A DNA stretch of 64,000 nt, taken from NCBI RefSeq assembly GCF_003991155.1, contig NZ_CP031293.1; one strand, given 5' to 3'. Origin of the DNA: Escherichia coli. GTDB taxonomy: Bacteria > Pseudomonadota > Gammaproteobacteria > Enterobacterales > Enterobacteriaceae. Made by a program: the position numbers and the translations under genes. The notes beneath the pieces were generated by a model, which saw nothing but the letters and a program-made list of their open reading frames with translations, had not been told where the DNA came from and did no database searches. Positions 8,337 through 19,300 of this stretch are shown here, one piece after another; the stretch's first letter is position 1, and each line of letters starts with the position of its first letter.

Positions 8337-10817
8337 TTACTGGCAAATATAATTTTTACTTTCATCAATCTCTTTACCGAAGGTGATTGTGCATGAAAGC
8401 CCTTGTTGCTTATCAATTGCCACATTAACCGATGGCGGTACTTCATTGGTGCGAATAAATAACTGGCTTCCCTGGCCGACAACACCAATATTATGACCAT
8501 GGATATCATTGACTTCATAACCAAACGTTAATGGTTGCCCATCCGCTCTTAATGCTTTTATAAACCATGGCTTGCGCTGATCGGTATCAAAATTAACCAG
8601 TACAACCGCGCCGCGATAAGGGGCGGCAATTTTCCGGTTGCCACGTAATTCTGCTTCGCTATCGCTTTGTGACACATCCAACATCAGGTAATTTTCCCGA
8701 TAAGGTGTCATTCCGTCGTATACCACCACTCCATTACGGTTTGTTGTGCGATATTTTTGCCCATTGACATAAGCATCTTTAATTCCTGGCGCATTCATCA
8801 CAGCAAACGTTTCAGAAAGACGGTTTGCCAGATTAACGCCACCCGACCAGGCGACAATGCCCCCTGAAACACTGGCTCCAGCCTGTCGATAAGCACTCGA
8901 CTGACTATAACTGCCATTCACTGTCGCAACCGGCGCGTTCCAGGTTAAATTCGCCCCAGCTGTCGTTTCATTTCCCTGATACTGATAACTCAGGTTGACC
9001 CCATAGTTAAACTGATCCCGGCTTCCAACGGTTCCTGATAATCCCGTATTATTTGAGGCAACCCCCTGATCATCAAACGTCGTTGAGTTAGACATATATA
9101 TTTGCCGACGAGGCGTCGTAACGTCATCACCCCAATCAAAGGGAATCGATATAAAAATATTAAAACGTTTCTCTTCATGATGATTCTCGTCATAAGCCTG
9201 GCTTGCCGCGAGGGTATAGCTTATCCGTCGCAGGTTGTTGGAATAACTCAACTGATAATCCTTACTACTGCCGCTACGCCCCCAGTAATCTCGCCATAAC
9301 GTACTTAATGACACAGAACCCCAGCCTTCTGGCAATGACTGGCTCATATTAGCAGAAAAGCTATTTTTACGGCCAAAATCGTTCTGGTAATAATCGGCAA
9401 TGTCATAGATATCGTTTTCATCACGGCGATAATTATCTTTATTGTTTGCCCAAACGTGATCGTTAAATGTCCGGTAATCACGCGACGAATAACGCCAGGC
9501 TGCCAGACCAAAACGCGTCGACGTTTGGCTCACAAATTTGTTGTAGGCAATTTGATAACTTTGCCCGTCAAACACATCGCCGTTGTCTTGTTTACTATGC
9601 GACTTCGTGGCATCGACGGAAATGGCACCAATGCGTGTATTCCAGCCAGTCCCCAAAGTGAACGCGTAATAATTATTCGCGACCATCGATCCGCCATACA
9701 GCGTCAATAAGTTATTAAAACCATACTGATAACCCGCCTGAACAAAATCACTTTGTTTGCTCGCCCCTTCAATATGGCTACGACCTGCCGCAAAATCATA
9801 TTTCGACACGCCGGGTTGCAGCATATTCGGCACTGCTGCATAAGGCACCAGATAGGTGGTTACCGAACCGTCCGCCTCTTTCACGCTGACATCAAGATCT
9901 GCTCCACCACCGGCCAACTGCAAATCTGTAATCGCAAACGGGCCAGGAGGAACCTCTTTCTGATAAACCACAAAACCGTTCTGTTCAATAGTTACCAGCG
10001 CGTTACTCTGAGCAATCCCCTGCACCCGTGGCGTAAAATTCTGTTTCGAGTTAGGCAACATCTGCATATCACGAAACAACCGCACACCGCTGAAGCGAAC
10101 AGAATCAAAAATATCGCTTGATGTGTACATATCACCCACGCGAAGCGTGCCGAGAAGTTGGGCAAATCCACGTTCCAGATACAGGGTATTGCTTTTCCAC
10201 ACCCCTGGATTGCTATTTGTTTTACTGAAACTGGCATCAGAATGCAGTTGCCACCCCAGTAAGTTTAACCCGCTGTTAAAACGTACATATGTACTCTTGC
10301 TATTACCCGACGCTTTATAGTCGCTGTAATACTGACTCACATAATAAGAGGTATAAAACGCATTAATACCCCGCTCCCAGTTTTCCGGTGGAACATAGCC
10401 ACTTTCCAGTTCTTCCACCCACGCCTGCGGGACACTGAAATCGAGACGAAAAACTCCGATATCCCAGGTATAGCTCCCACCCTGAACAAGTTGCTCAAAT
10501 GTTAAACATTGCTTACCGCTGGCAAAGTTATCGGTATTAATGCCTAACCGCTTGATAATTTCCCTTGATAAACATGTTTCTTGCGGGTTGTCTTTAACAA
10601 TAATCTCATATTTCCCGCGCCATTGCTTATTGACATAAATATCGATGTCATACTGCCCCGGCAAGGGTTGATTATCATCAAGACGAATATTTGCAACCTG
10701 CTGGTCTTTCATTCCACCTATCATAAAATGGGTATCAAAGGTTTCTTCAGCTGCATAAGCTTCAATGCCGAGCAATAACGCTACGATTGCTGATGCAAGT
10801 GGGGTCATTCTCAACAT
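8337..10817 (-). CDS. yehB: Outer-membrane fimbrial usher YehB
   Basis: Start trimmed to MLRMTPLASAIVALLLGIEAYA, 826 aa; usher-family size and composition. Confidence 0.9.
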   Translation of the reverse strand: MLRMTPLASAIVALLLGIEAYAAEETFDTHFMIGGMKDQQVANIRLDDNQPLPGQYDIDIYVNKQWRGKYEIIVKDNPQETCLSREIIKRLGINTDNFASGKQCLTFEQLVQGGSYTWDIGVFRLDFSVPQAWVEELESGYVPPENWERGINAFYTSYYVSQYYSDYKASGNSKSTYVRFNSGLNLLGWQLHSDASFSKTNSNPGVWKSNTLYLERGFAQLLGTLRVGDMYTSSDIFDSVRFSGVRLFRDMQMLPNSKQNFTPRVQGIAQSNALVTIEQNGFVVYQKEVPPGPFAITDLQLAGGGADLDVSVKEADGSVTTYLVPYAAVPNMLQPGVSKYDFAAGRSHIEGASKQSDFVQAGYQYGFNNLLTLYGGSMVANNYYAFTLGTGWNTRIGAISVDATKSHSKQDNGDVFDGQSYQIAYNKFVSQTSTRFGLAAWRYSSRDYRTFNDHVWANNKDNYRRDENDIYDIADYYQNDFGRKNSFSANMSQSLPEGWGSVSLSTLWRDYWGRSGSSKDYQLSYSNNLRRISYTLAASQAYDENHHEEKRFNIFISIPFDWGDDVTTPRRQIYMSNSTTFDDQGVASNNTGLSGTVGSRDQFNYGVNLSYQYQGNETTAGANLTWNAPVATVNGSYSQSSAYRQAGASVSGGIVAWSGGVNLANRLSETFAVMNAPGIKDAYVNGQKYRTTNRNGVVVYDGMTPYRENYLMLDVSQSDSEAELRGNRKIAAPYRGAVVLVNFDTDQRKPWFIKALRADGQPLTFGYEVNDIHGHNIGVVGQGSQLFIRTNEVPPSVNVAIDKQQGLSCTITFGKEIDESKNYICQ

Positions 10818-10832
10818 AGGCAGCTCCTGCAA

Positions 10833-11507
10833 TTAAATTTTGTCACTAATATAGTTGCCATGGTCATCGATAATGGTCAGATGCCAGTTATTCGCATTAT
10901 TACTTTTGACATTAATACTCTGACTTTCTAAGGGGGCAATCATAATAGTTTCATAATTGACTTTGACATTATTAGCTTTGACATCCGAAATCGTCACCCA
11001 ATTTGCTGAGTCATTTTTTATCACCAATCCATTGCCACTGCGATTTACCCGTAACTTTTTAAATGTCGCTTTATTTACCGGTGCAATACCCGCAGGCCGG
11101 TAAAACAATTTGATTCTGTTTTGCATTGCAAATTTCAGTGCATTCTTGCCCTCTTGCTCTGGACTATTTGGTGGAATATCCAGAACATTCAGATAAAAAA
11201 TGCTCTCTTTATTAGTGGGCAGTTTATTCGGCATAATTTTGATTTTTACTTGCTGCCCGGAATTTGCCCCTATTTTTGCCACTGGTGGCGTTAACATGAA
11301 AGGAACCTGAATTTTTTCTGGTGGTAACGACGTATCACCATCATCAATCCACGCCTGCAGCAGCGAAGAACGGTTTCCCTGATTCATCAACTGCACCATC
11401 ACTTCTTTATTTTCTGCCGGGTAAATAATACGCGTCCCGTAGATAACAATACCGGCATGTGCAGGAAGGACCATAGAAGAAATGAGTAAAGCAAATAATC
11501 CTTTCAT
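10833..11507 (-). CDS. yehC: Periplasmic fimbrial chaperone YehC
   Basis: 224 aa with signal peptide; PapD-like chaperone between major subunit and usher genes. Confidence 0.9.
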   Translation of the reverse strand: MKGLFALLISSMVLPAHAGIVIYGTRIIYPAENKEVMVQLMNQGNRSSLLQAWIDDGDTSLPPEKIQVPFMLTPPVAKIGANSGQQVKIKIMPNKLPTNKESIFYLNVLDIPPNSPEQEGKNALKFAMQNRIKLFYRPAGIAPVNKATFKKLRVNRSGNGLVIKNDSANWVTISDVKANNVKVNYETIMIAPLESQSINVKSNNANNWHLTIIDDHGNYISDKI

Positions 11508-11520
11508 CTTAATGCCTCTT

Positions 11521-11551
11521 AAATTAAAAGGCCGCCATGGGGATAGCGGCC
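11521..11551 (-). terminator. Intra-operon hairpin between yehD and yehC (attenuator)
   Basis: ggccgc / gcggcc stem at 11530-11551 followed on the minus strand by a T-rich run. Confidence 0.45.
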
Positions 11552-11587
11552 ATGTTTATTACCTGGAGAAACTTGAAATTTTATTTA

Positions 11588-12130
11588 TTAATCCTGCGCC
11601 ACACGCATAACCAGAGAAGATAACACATCACCTGATTGCACTGAATTATCTGTCAGCTTCAGGTATTTTGCTTTAAACGGAATAGCATATTGACCTTCCG
11701 CTGTTTTATAACTCTCAATGTTAAAAGGTGCAGAAACATCCAGGACATCGCTGTTATCACCTAAATAGAGATAGTACCCCACGGTATCGTTGCTACTGGC
11801 TATCGCCTTATCGTTTCCGGTTATTTTATCGTTGGTAATCAACGAGAGTTTTACACCAGCAACTTCTTTCGGACAGCTAATTTTTAACATGCTGCTGGTT
11901 ACACCGACTGCATCATCATAGGTCGAGTATTTAGCTTTACCTTCAAAGACAGTGGTTGGTACAGTTGGCATATTAATACTTACTGAATCGCCACCCGCTT
12001 CGAATTTACACGGAGATTCTGCAATATTCCCTTTAATGGTTAATGTTCCGGTATCAACGTCTGCGGCAAATACCCCAGCGCTCATAAAAAAAGAAGAAAA
12101 GACAGCGGCAGCAATAATTGAACGTTTCAT
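11588..12130 (-). CDS. yehD: Major fimbrial subunit YehD
   Basis: 180 aa, signal peptide; first gene of the operon, downstream of an AT-rich region. Confidence 0.9.
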   Translation of the reverse strand: MKRSIIAAAVFSSFFMSAGVFAADVDTGTLTIKGNIAESPCKFEAGGDSVSINMPTVPTTVFEGKAKYSTYDDAVGVTSSMLKISCPKEVAGVKLSLITNDKITGNDKAIASSNDTVGYYLYLGDNSDVLDVSAPFNIESYKTAEGQYAIPFKAKYLKLTDNSVQSGDVLSSLVMRVAQD

Positions 12131-12350
12131 AATATGTTCCTTAATAAAATTTATTTTTTGGTTGTTAAGAGTCTGTATCTCTTAGAAACAAATTTCTCAC
12201 ATCAAAAAAGTTGCCGCAATGTAAACATATTGTTTTATTGATTTAAAGCAAATTAACTATTGCAATATAAATACAACAAATACTTAAGCATATTAAATAT
12301 TTATCACATCTATTAATTAATGCAGATTTTTGTAAATGGTATTATTTATA

Positions 12351-12387
12351 TCAATAAAAAAGCTAAAATCATTCACACGAATGATTT
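12351..12387 (-). terminator. Rho-independent terminator downstream of yehE
   Basis: Perfect 9-bp stem aaatcattc / gaatgattt with a 4-nt loop, followed on the minus strand by a T-run. Confidence 0.55.
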
Positions 12388-12425
12388 CAGCTTTCTAAAT
12401 CCGATTAAAAAACCAGGGTGGCAAA

Positions 12426-12707
12426 TTAATCGTAGCGATTTAACACGATTCGACGTTTGCTATCGCTACCTGCAACAACCACTTCTGTCGTTACACCTTT
12501 GACTGGCGAAGAAACCTGATGACGGGTATCAACATCATACGTTAACTGACCACAATGCTGTTGAGGTTGTCCATTAACCATAGCCATACTGCATGTTGGG
12601 GGACTGATCCTGCCATTAATCGTTAATGTGGCAGTCTGTGAAGAGAACGCGGGAGAAGCCATTCCATAGGCAAGAAAAATAATTCCTGACAGCCAGTACT
12701 TATTCAT
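12426..12707 (-). CDS. yehE: Small exported protein YehE
   Basis: 93 aa with signal peptide. Confidence 0.85.
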   Translation of the reverse strand: MNKYWLSGIIFLAYGMASPAFSSQTATLTINGRISPPTCSMAMVNGQPQQHCGQLTYDVDTRHQVSSPVKGVTTEVVVAGSDSKRRIVLNRYD

Positions 12708-12969
12708 TGAACGTTATCCCTGTAGTAAAGGTTATGCCTGGATAGAATGAGTGCATAACAAACTATAGCTGTACATCCACTACACAGCCACGAAGGATGA
12801 TAATGAAGCATTGCCTGTACGATCAATCGACTTTATAGAGTTTCGGACGAAGGTCCGCAGAATATTTGCAGCATTAAATAAGTGTTCATTAATGCGGCAA
12901 AAACAAATACACCGCATCAATGTAACATCTCTGCGGTGTATGAAAAGCAACCAAAAAGGTTTATACGCG

Positions 12970-14079
12970 TTAGACCGCGCGGAAGGAAATCTCGCCAGGA
13001 ATGACTTCTCCCTGCCAATAAAGCTGGGCTGCAACGCGGTCAGCCAGCTGGCGGTAGATAGCGGTAAATTCGCTCTCCGGACGGCTGATAACCGTTGGCG
13101 TGCCTTTATCGAGATCTTCACGTAAGGAGATGTGTAACGGCATCTGCCCCAGCAACTGCGTGTGGTATTTCTCGGCCAGTTTCTCTGCACCACCGGTACC
13201 GAAAATCGGTTCATGGTGACCACAGTTACTGCAAATATGCACACTCATGTTCTCGACAATACCGAGCACCGGAACCTCGACTTTCTCGAACATCACAATG
13301 CCTTTTTTCGCATCGATCAACGCAATGTCCTGCGGGGTGGTGACCACTACCGCGCCAGTTACTGGAATGTTCTGTGCCAGTGTCAATTGAATGTCACCGG
13401 TGCCTGGCGGCATATCAAGCACCAGATAGTCGAGATCCGGCCACAAGGTTTCCTGCAACATTTGCATTAACGCCTTGCTCGCCATCGGACCACGCCACAC
13501 CATCGCATTGTCGTCAGTGACCAGATAACCAATTGAATTGGTTGCAAGGCCATGAGACATAATCGGTGCCATGTGGGTACCGTCCGGCGAAGTTGGACGC
13601 TGATTTTCTGCGCCCAGCATGGTGGGGATTGATGGGCCGTAGATATCGGCGTCCAGAATGCCGACTTTCGCCCCTTCCGCCGCCAGTGCCAGCGCCAGGT
13701 TTACCGCCGTGGAGGATTTACCCACGCCGCCTTTACCGGAGCTGACCGCAATGATGTTCTTCACGCCGTTAATTCCCGGCTGATTCTTCACGCGTTTTAA
13801 GGTGGCGATATTGTGCGACAGTTTCCAGTCGATAGCTTTCGCCCCGGTGATACGCAGCAGTTCGGCGCTACATTGCTCTTTTAACTCTTCGAACGCGCTA
13901 TGCCAGACGAATGGCATAACCAGTTCCACATGCAACGTGTCGTCCATCCAGGCGACATGGTGCAACGCTTTCAGCGTGGTGAGGTTATGCTTCAGGGTTG
14001 GGTGCTGAAAATTGGCCAGTGTCCCGGCGACCATTGCGCGCAAGGCTTCTGGTGATTTGGCCTGGGATTGTTCGTTCAT
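12970..14079 (-). CDS. mrp: Fe-S cluster carrier ATPase Mrp/ApbC
   Basis: Start trimmed to MNEQSQAKS, 369 aa; P-loop GKGGVGKS. Confidence 0.95.
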   Translation of the reverse strand: MNEQSQAKSPEALRAMVAGTLANFQHPTLKHNLTTLKALHHVAWMDDTLHVELVMPFVWHSAFEELKEQCSAELLRITGAKAIDWKLSHNIATLKRVKNQPGINGVKNIIAVSSGKGGVGKSSTAVNLALALAAEGAKVGILDADIYGPSIPTMLGAENQRPTSPDGTHMAPIMSHGLATNSIGYLVTDDNAMVWRGPMASKALMQMLQETLWPDLDYLVLDMPPGTGDIQLTLAQNIPVTGAVVVTTPQDIALIDAKKGIVMFEKVEVPVLGIVENMSVHICSNCGHHEPIFGTGGAEKLAEKYHTQLLGQMPLHISLREDLDKGTPTVISRPESEFTAIYRQLADRVAAQLYWQGEVIPGEISFRAV

Positions 14080-14210
14080 CCCGACTCCTTTTTTGTATAG
14101 ATAAACCATCAGCTGATAGTTTACCTGAAGAATATAGAGAAGTACTTACTTAACATTTTCCCATTTGGTACTATCTAACCCCTTTTCACTATTAAGAAGT
14201 AATGCCTACT

Positions 14211-16244
14211 ATGACTCAAGTCGCGAAGAAAATTCTGGTGACGTGCGCACTGCCGTACGCTAACGGCTCAATCCACCTCGGCCATATGCTGGAGCACATC
14301 CAGGCTGATGTCTGGGTCCGTTACCAGCGAATGCGCGGCCACGAGGTCAACTTCATCTGCGCCGACGATGCCCACGGCACACCGATCATGCTGAAAGCTC
14401 AGCAGCTCGGTATCACCCCGGAGCAGATGATTGGCGAAATGAGTCAGGAGCATCAGACTGATTTCGCAGGCTTTAACATCAGCTATGACAACTATCACTC
14501 GACGCACAGCGAAGAGAACCGCCAGTTGTCAGAACTTATCTACTCTCGCCTGAAAGAAAACGGTTTTATTAAAAACCGCACTATTTCTCAGCTGTACGAT
14601 CCGGAAAAAGGCATGTTCCTGCCGGACCGTTTTGTGAAAGGCACCTGCCCGAAATGTAAATCCCCGGATCAATACGGCGATAACTGCGAAGTCTGCGGCG
14701 CGACCTACAGCCCGACTGAATTGATCGAGCCGAAATCGGTGGTTTCTGGCGCTACGCCGGTAATGCGTGATTCTGAACACTTCTTCTTTGATCTGCCCTC
14801 TTTCAGCGAAATGTTGCAGGCATGGACCCGCAGCGGTGCGTTGCAGGAGCAGGTGGCAAATAAAATGCAGGAGTGGTTTGAATCCGGCCTGCAACAGTGG
14901 GATATCTCCCGCGACGCCCCTTATTTCGGTTTTGAAATTCCGAACGCGCCGGGCAAATATTTCTATGTCTGGCTGGACGCACCGATTGGCTATATGGGCT
15001 CTTTCAAGAATCTGTGTGATAAGCGCGGCGACAGCGTAAGCTTCGATGAATACTGGAAGAAAGATTCCACTGCCGAGCTGTATCACTTCATCGGTAAAGA
15101 TATCGTTTACTTCCACAGCCTGTTCTGGCCAGCAATGCTGGAAGGCAGCAACTTCCGCAAGCCGACCAACCTGTTTGTTCATGGCTATGTGACGGTGAAC
15201 GGCGCGAAGATGTCTAAGTCTCGCGGTACCTTTATTAAGGCCAGCACCTGGCTGAATCATTTTGACGCCGACAGCCTGCGTTACTACTACACTGCGAAAC
15301 TCTCTTCGCGCATTGATGATATCGATCTCAACCTGGAAGATTTCGTTCAGCGCGTGAATGCCGATATCGTTAACAAAGTGGTTAACCTGGCCTCCCGTAA
15401 TGCAGGCTTTATCAACAAACGTTTTGACGGCGTGCTGGCAAGCGAACTGGCTGACCCGCAGTTGTACAAAACCTTCACTGATGCCGCTGAAGTGATTGGT
15501 GAAGCGTGGGAAAGCCGCGAATTTGGTAAAGCAGTGCGCGAAATCATGGCGCTGGCTGATCTGGCTAACCGCTATGTCGATGAACAGGCTCCGTGGGTGG
15601 TGGCAAAACAGGAAGGCCGCGATGCCGACCTGCAGGCAATTTGCTCAATGGGCATAAACCTGTTCCGCGTGCTGATGACTTACCTGAAGCCGGTACTGCC
15701 GAAACTGACCGAGCGCGCAGAAGCATTCCTCAATACAGAACTGACCTGGGATGGTATCCAGCAACCGCTGCTGGGCCACAAAGTGAATCCGTTCAAAGCG
15801 CTGTATAACCGCATCGATATGAAGCAGGTTGAAGCACTGGTGGAAGCGTCTAAAGAAGAAGTGAAAGCAGCTGCCGCGCCAGTTACTGGCCCACTGGCAG
15901 ATGATCCGATTCAGGAAACCATCACCTTTGACGACTTCGCCAAAGTTGACCTGCGCGTGGCGCTGATCGAAAACGCAGAGTTTGTTGAAGGTTCTGACAA
16001 ACTGCTGCGCCTGACGCTGGATCTCGGCGGTGAAAAACGCAATGTCTTCTCCGGCATTCGTTCTGCTTACCCGGATCCGCAGGCACTGATTGGTCGTCAC
16101 ACCATTATGGTGGCTAACCTGGCACCACGTAAAATGCGCTTCGGTATCTCCGAAGGCATGGTGATGGCTGCCGGTCCTGGCGGGAAAGATATTTTCCTGC
16201 TAAGTCCGGATGCTGGTGCTAAACCGGGTCATCAGGTGAAATAA
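14211..16244 (+). CDS. metG: Methionyl-tRNA synthetase
   Basis: Start trimmed to [25 protein letters not shown], 677 aa; HLGH and KMSKS class I motifs. Confidence 0.97.
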   Translation: MTQVAKKILVTCALPYANGSIHLGHMLEHIQADVWVRYQRMRGHEVNFICADDAHGTPIMLKAQQLGITPEQMIGEMSQEHQTDFAGFNISYDNYHSTHSEENRQLSELIYSRLKENGFIKNRTISQLYDPEKGMFLPDRFVKGTCPKCKSPDQYGDNCEVCGATYSPTELIEPKSVVSGATPVMRDSEHFFFDLPSFSEMLQAWTRSGALQEQVANKMQEWFESGLQQWDISRDAPYFGFEIPNAPGKYFYVWLDAPIGYMGSFKNLCDKRGDSVSFDEYWKKDSTAELYHFIGKDIVYFHSLFWPAMLEGSNFRKPTNLFVHGYVTVNGAKMSKSRGTFIKASTWLNHFDADSLRYYYTAKLSSRIDDIDLNLEDFVQRVNADIVNKVVNLASRNAGFINKRFDGVLASELADPQLYKTFTDAAEVIGEAWESREFGKAVREIMALADLANRYVDEQAPWVVAKQEGRDADLQAICSMGINLFRVLMTYLKPVLPKLTERAEAFLNTELTWDGIQQPLLGHKVNPFKALYNRIDMKQVEALVEASKEEVKAAAAPVTGPLADDPIQETITFDDFAKVDLRVALIENAEFVEGSDKLLRLTLDLGGEKRNVFSGIRSAYPDPQALIGRHTIMVANLAPRKMRFGISEGMVMAAGPGGKDIFLLSPDAGAKPGHQVK

Positions 16245-16255
16245 TCTCCTTTCAA

Positions 16256-16283
16256 GGCGCTGTATCGACAGCGCCTTTTCTTT
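16256..16283 (+). terminator. Rho-independent terminator of metG
   Basis: ggcgctg / cagcgcc stem followed by ttttcttt. Confidence 0.7.
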
Positions 16284-16384
16284 ATAAATTCCTAAAGTTG
16301 TTTTCTTGCGATTTTGTCTCTCTCTAACCCGCATAAATACTGGTAGCATCTGCATTCAACTGGATAAAATTACAGGGATGCAGA

Positions 16385-19300
16385 ATGAGACACTTTATCT
16401 ATCAGGACAAAAAATCACATAAATTCTGGGCGGTGGAGCAGCAAGGCAACGAGTTACATATCAGTTGGGGCAAAGTCGGCACTAACGGGCAAAACCAGGT
16501 AAAAAGCTTTGCTGATGCTGCGGCAGCGGCAAAAGCGGAGCTTAAGCTGATCGCGGAGAAAACGAAAAAAGGCTATGTGGAAAATGCTTCAGCAAACGTG
16601 CATATCCCCCCCATCACCAAAGCCACTCCTGAAGTTAAAACTCCCCCTGTGAGTCAAAATAAACACCCATGGCTGGCTGATGATGCAGTCATTCCTGTCA
16701 CTGACGATATTAATCGATTTGCTTTTCCACATCGCTCTCGCCCCAGAGAGATCAATTATCTGCACAAAGATGGTCAAATATGGCAGCGCATTGCGAATAA
16801 CACCAGGGCATATGACCCCGACAATAATTACCGCTCTTATCCTGAAAACTGGCAGCAAGCGTTTGCCGAGTTACAAAGTCGAATTCTGGACAATCAACAA
16901 ACAGGGAGTGCGCAATCTGATGCGGCATTGCTCTGGAGTTTTTGGAACTCTTACTCTGCAGATGAACTGGTCGATGACTTAGTCATTCGCTGTGGTCTGG
17001 AAAGTGCCGTTGAAATCGCCCTTTTTGCTCTTCAACTCAAATATAAACCAGTAAAAGGCGCAGTCACCACCATCATTCCACCTGGTCACAAAGCAGAATC
17101 GCTACCGAGTTGGCATCAACGTCTATGTCATCATCTTTCACTCGCTTCAGAAGATGAGTGGCAACGCTGTGTGAATAAAGTGCTTACTGCTATTCCGACG
17201 CTATCCCCAGCACGGCAACCTTTTGCGGCGTTACTGCTCCCTGAACGCCCGGATATTGCCAATGCTATGGCTCTACGTTACGCAGACCAAAACGTTCCGG
17301 CGATGACCTGGTTAAGACTGGTAGTAACCGATGATGCCGCTCTGACTGCAGCAGAAAAATACGACTTCCCACCGTTATATCGTGATTTTCGCGCTTATCT
17401 GGCAATGTTGCTGGCAAATAATGGGGTGAGCGGTGTAAGCCGGATACTTACTGAGTTTGTGGAAGAGCATTCTGACAATCCCACTTATCTCTTCGAGCGC
17501 ATCAGCGAGACTGAAGATCTTGTCAAATGGTTATGGAAAACGAATCACCCGGATGCGATTCAAATTCTGATCCTCGGTGTAATTGGCAAGAAAAAGCACC
17601 TGGAATACTTAAGCAAAGCCTGTCAAAAACATCCCGCTGCGGCTATTGCCGCTTATGCAACTTTGCTGGCAATACATGAAGATGCACAGTGGCGCAACGC
17701 GCTTGTCAAACTGGTTACCGTCACGCCAGAGTTGGTATGTGACGTCATTCCCTGGGTTAATGCTAAAGCGGCAGGCATCTTATCTGAATGTCGTCCGCAG
17801 CCAGTAGCTGAAGAATGTGAATATGCCACTGTGGATATGTTGCCGGAGCTGTTTGTTTCGCCGCCCTGGATGACCAAAGAGAAAAAGAAAAATACGCCTG
17901 TGTTTGATCTTCCAGTGCTTCCAGTTCCTTCTGTTTCTGATGTCACTCCCGAGATTGCCAAAAGACTAACCCGTACTTACCTTGTCACCCGCTTCCAGCA
18001 AATAGCCCAACAGCAGGCGACAAAACAAACATTGTTTACCGACCTGCCGCCGATAAAAAAAGCAAGCTGGGAGAAACACTTAATACCGCTTACACCGGAG
18101 CAACAAATACTGTGGCATCTTGGTTTTGAAAAATGGCGGGAAAGCGGAGAAAAAATCTACGAAAAAATTCCGGCGCCACAAAGCGCCGTTGATGCCCTGC
18201 TACGCTTCGATTTTCCAGCACTCAATGCTGAATTTGTGCAATACCATAACAATGCATACAAAAGCTGGAATCTCATTGCCCTCTGTTACCTGCCTGGTCA
18301 ACAGGCCATTTCTTTTCTTAACCAGATAGTCAAAGAAGATAACTACTCTGATGAGGGAAATATTCTGGCAATTTTTGGTAGCGCCGCCATACCTGCATTT
18401 ATGACCTGCCTGCAACGTGATCCACGACGTCTGTGCTTCTTCCCCTTTTTCCTCGGTGTCAGTGACCTGGCCTTACCGATGGCGCAACAATTACAGAAAA
18501 AAATGTCTTATGACGATGCGCGAAACTGGCTGACTGATTACCCGCGCCATGCCGCCGCCGGACTGCTTCCTGTAGCACTGGGTAAACACTGCCAAAATCG
18601 GGAATATGCCCGCCAGGCGCTCCGCCTGCTGGTGAATTTAAACCAACGAGAAACGATTGAGGAAATCGCCCGGGGGTATAACCAACCAGATGTTTTAGCT
18701 GCGCTGGCAACATTGTTCGATAGCGACCCACTGGAAGAATATCCTGCAAAAATCGCCCCATTGCCCGGCTTTTATCAGTTCACCTTATGGCGCAGACCAC
18801 GGCTTAAAAGTAACAATCTGCCTCTGTCCGATGACGCTATGCGCCACCTGGGCACTATGTTGAGCTTCCCTCGCGACATTACCGCCTACGCTGGACTGGA
18901 TATCATTAGAGAAATCTTCACCCGGGAATCACTGGCTGACTTTGGCTGGGATCTCTACACGGCATGGATGGAATCTGGCGCGCCCGCAAAAGAAAACTGG
19001 GCATTTACCTCGCTGGGGATTTTAGGCAATAACGACACCGCGCGTAAACTAACCCCGCTTATCCGGGCCTGGCCGGGTGAATCCCAGCATAAACGCGCGG
19101 TTTCTGGGCTCGATGTGTTAGCCAGTATCGGTAGCGATATTGCGCTGATGCTGCTTAATGGCATTGCACAAAAAATTAAATTCAAAGCATTGCAGGAACA
19201 TGCCCGCGACAAAATCAATATGGTCGCCGAAAATCGCGGATTGACAATGGCCGAACTGGAAGACCGCCTGGCTCCAGATTTAGGGCTTGATATCAACGGC

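Noticed and set aside
8306-8524. 72-aa minus-strand ORF at the yehA-yehB junction
   Set aside because: Overlaps the 3' end of yehB in another frame; the real junction is yehB stop followed by yehA start.
12780-13470. ORFs of 154, 104, 82 and 102 aa overlapping mrp
   Set aside because: Overlap the conserved mrp coding sequence in other frames or on the other strand; no independent support.
14529-16100. Minus-strand ORFs of 243 and 151 aa inside metG
   Set aside because: Antisense to a highly conserved gene with no start signals; typical shadow ORFs in GC-rich coding DNA.
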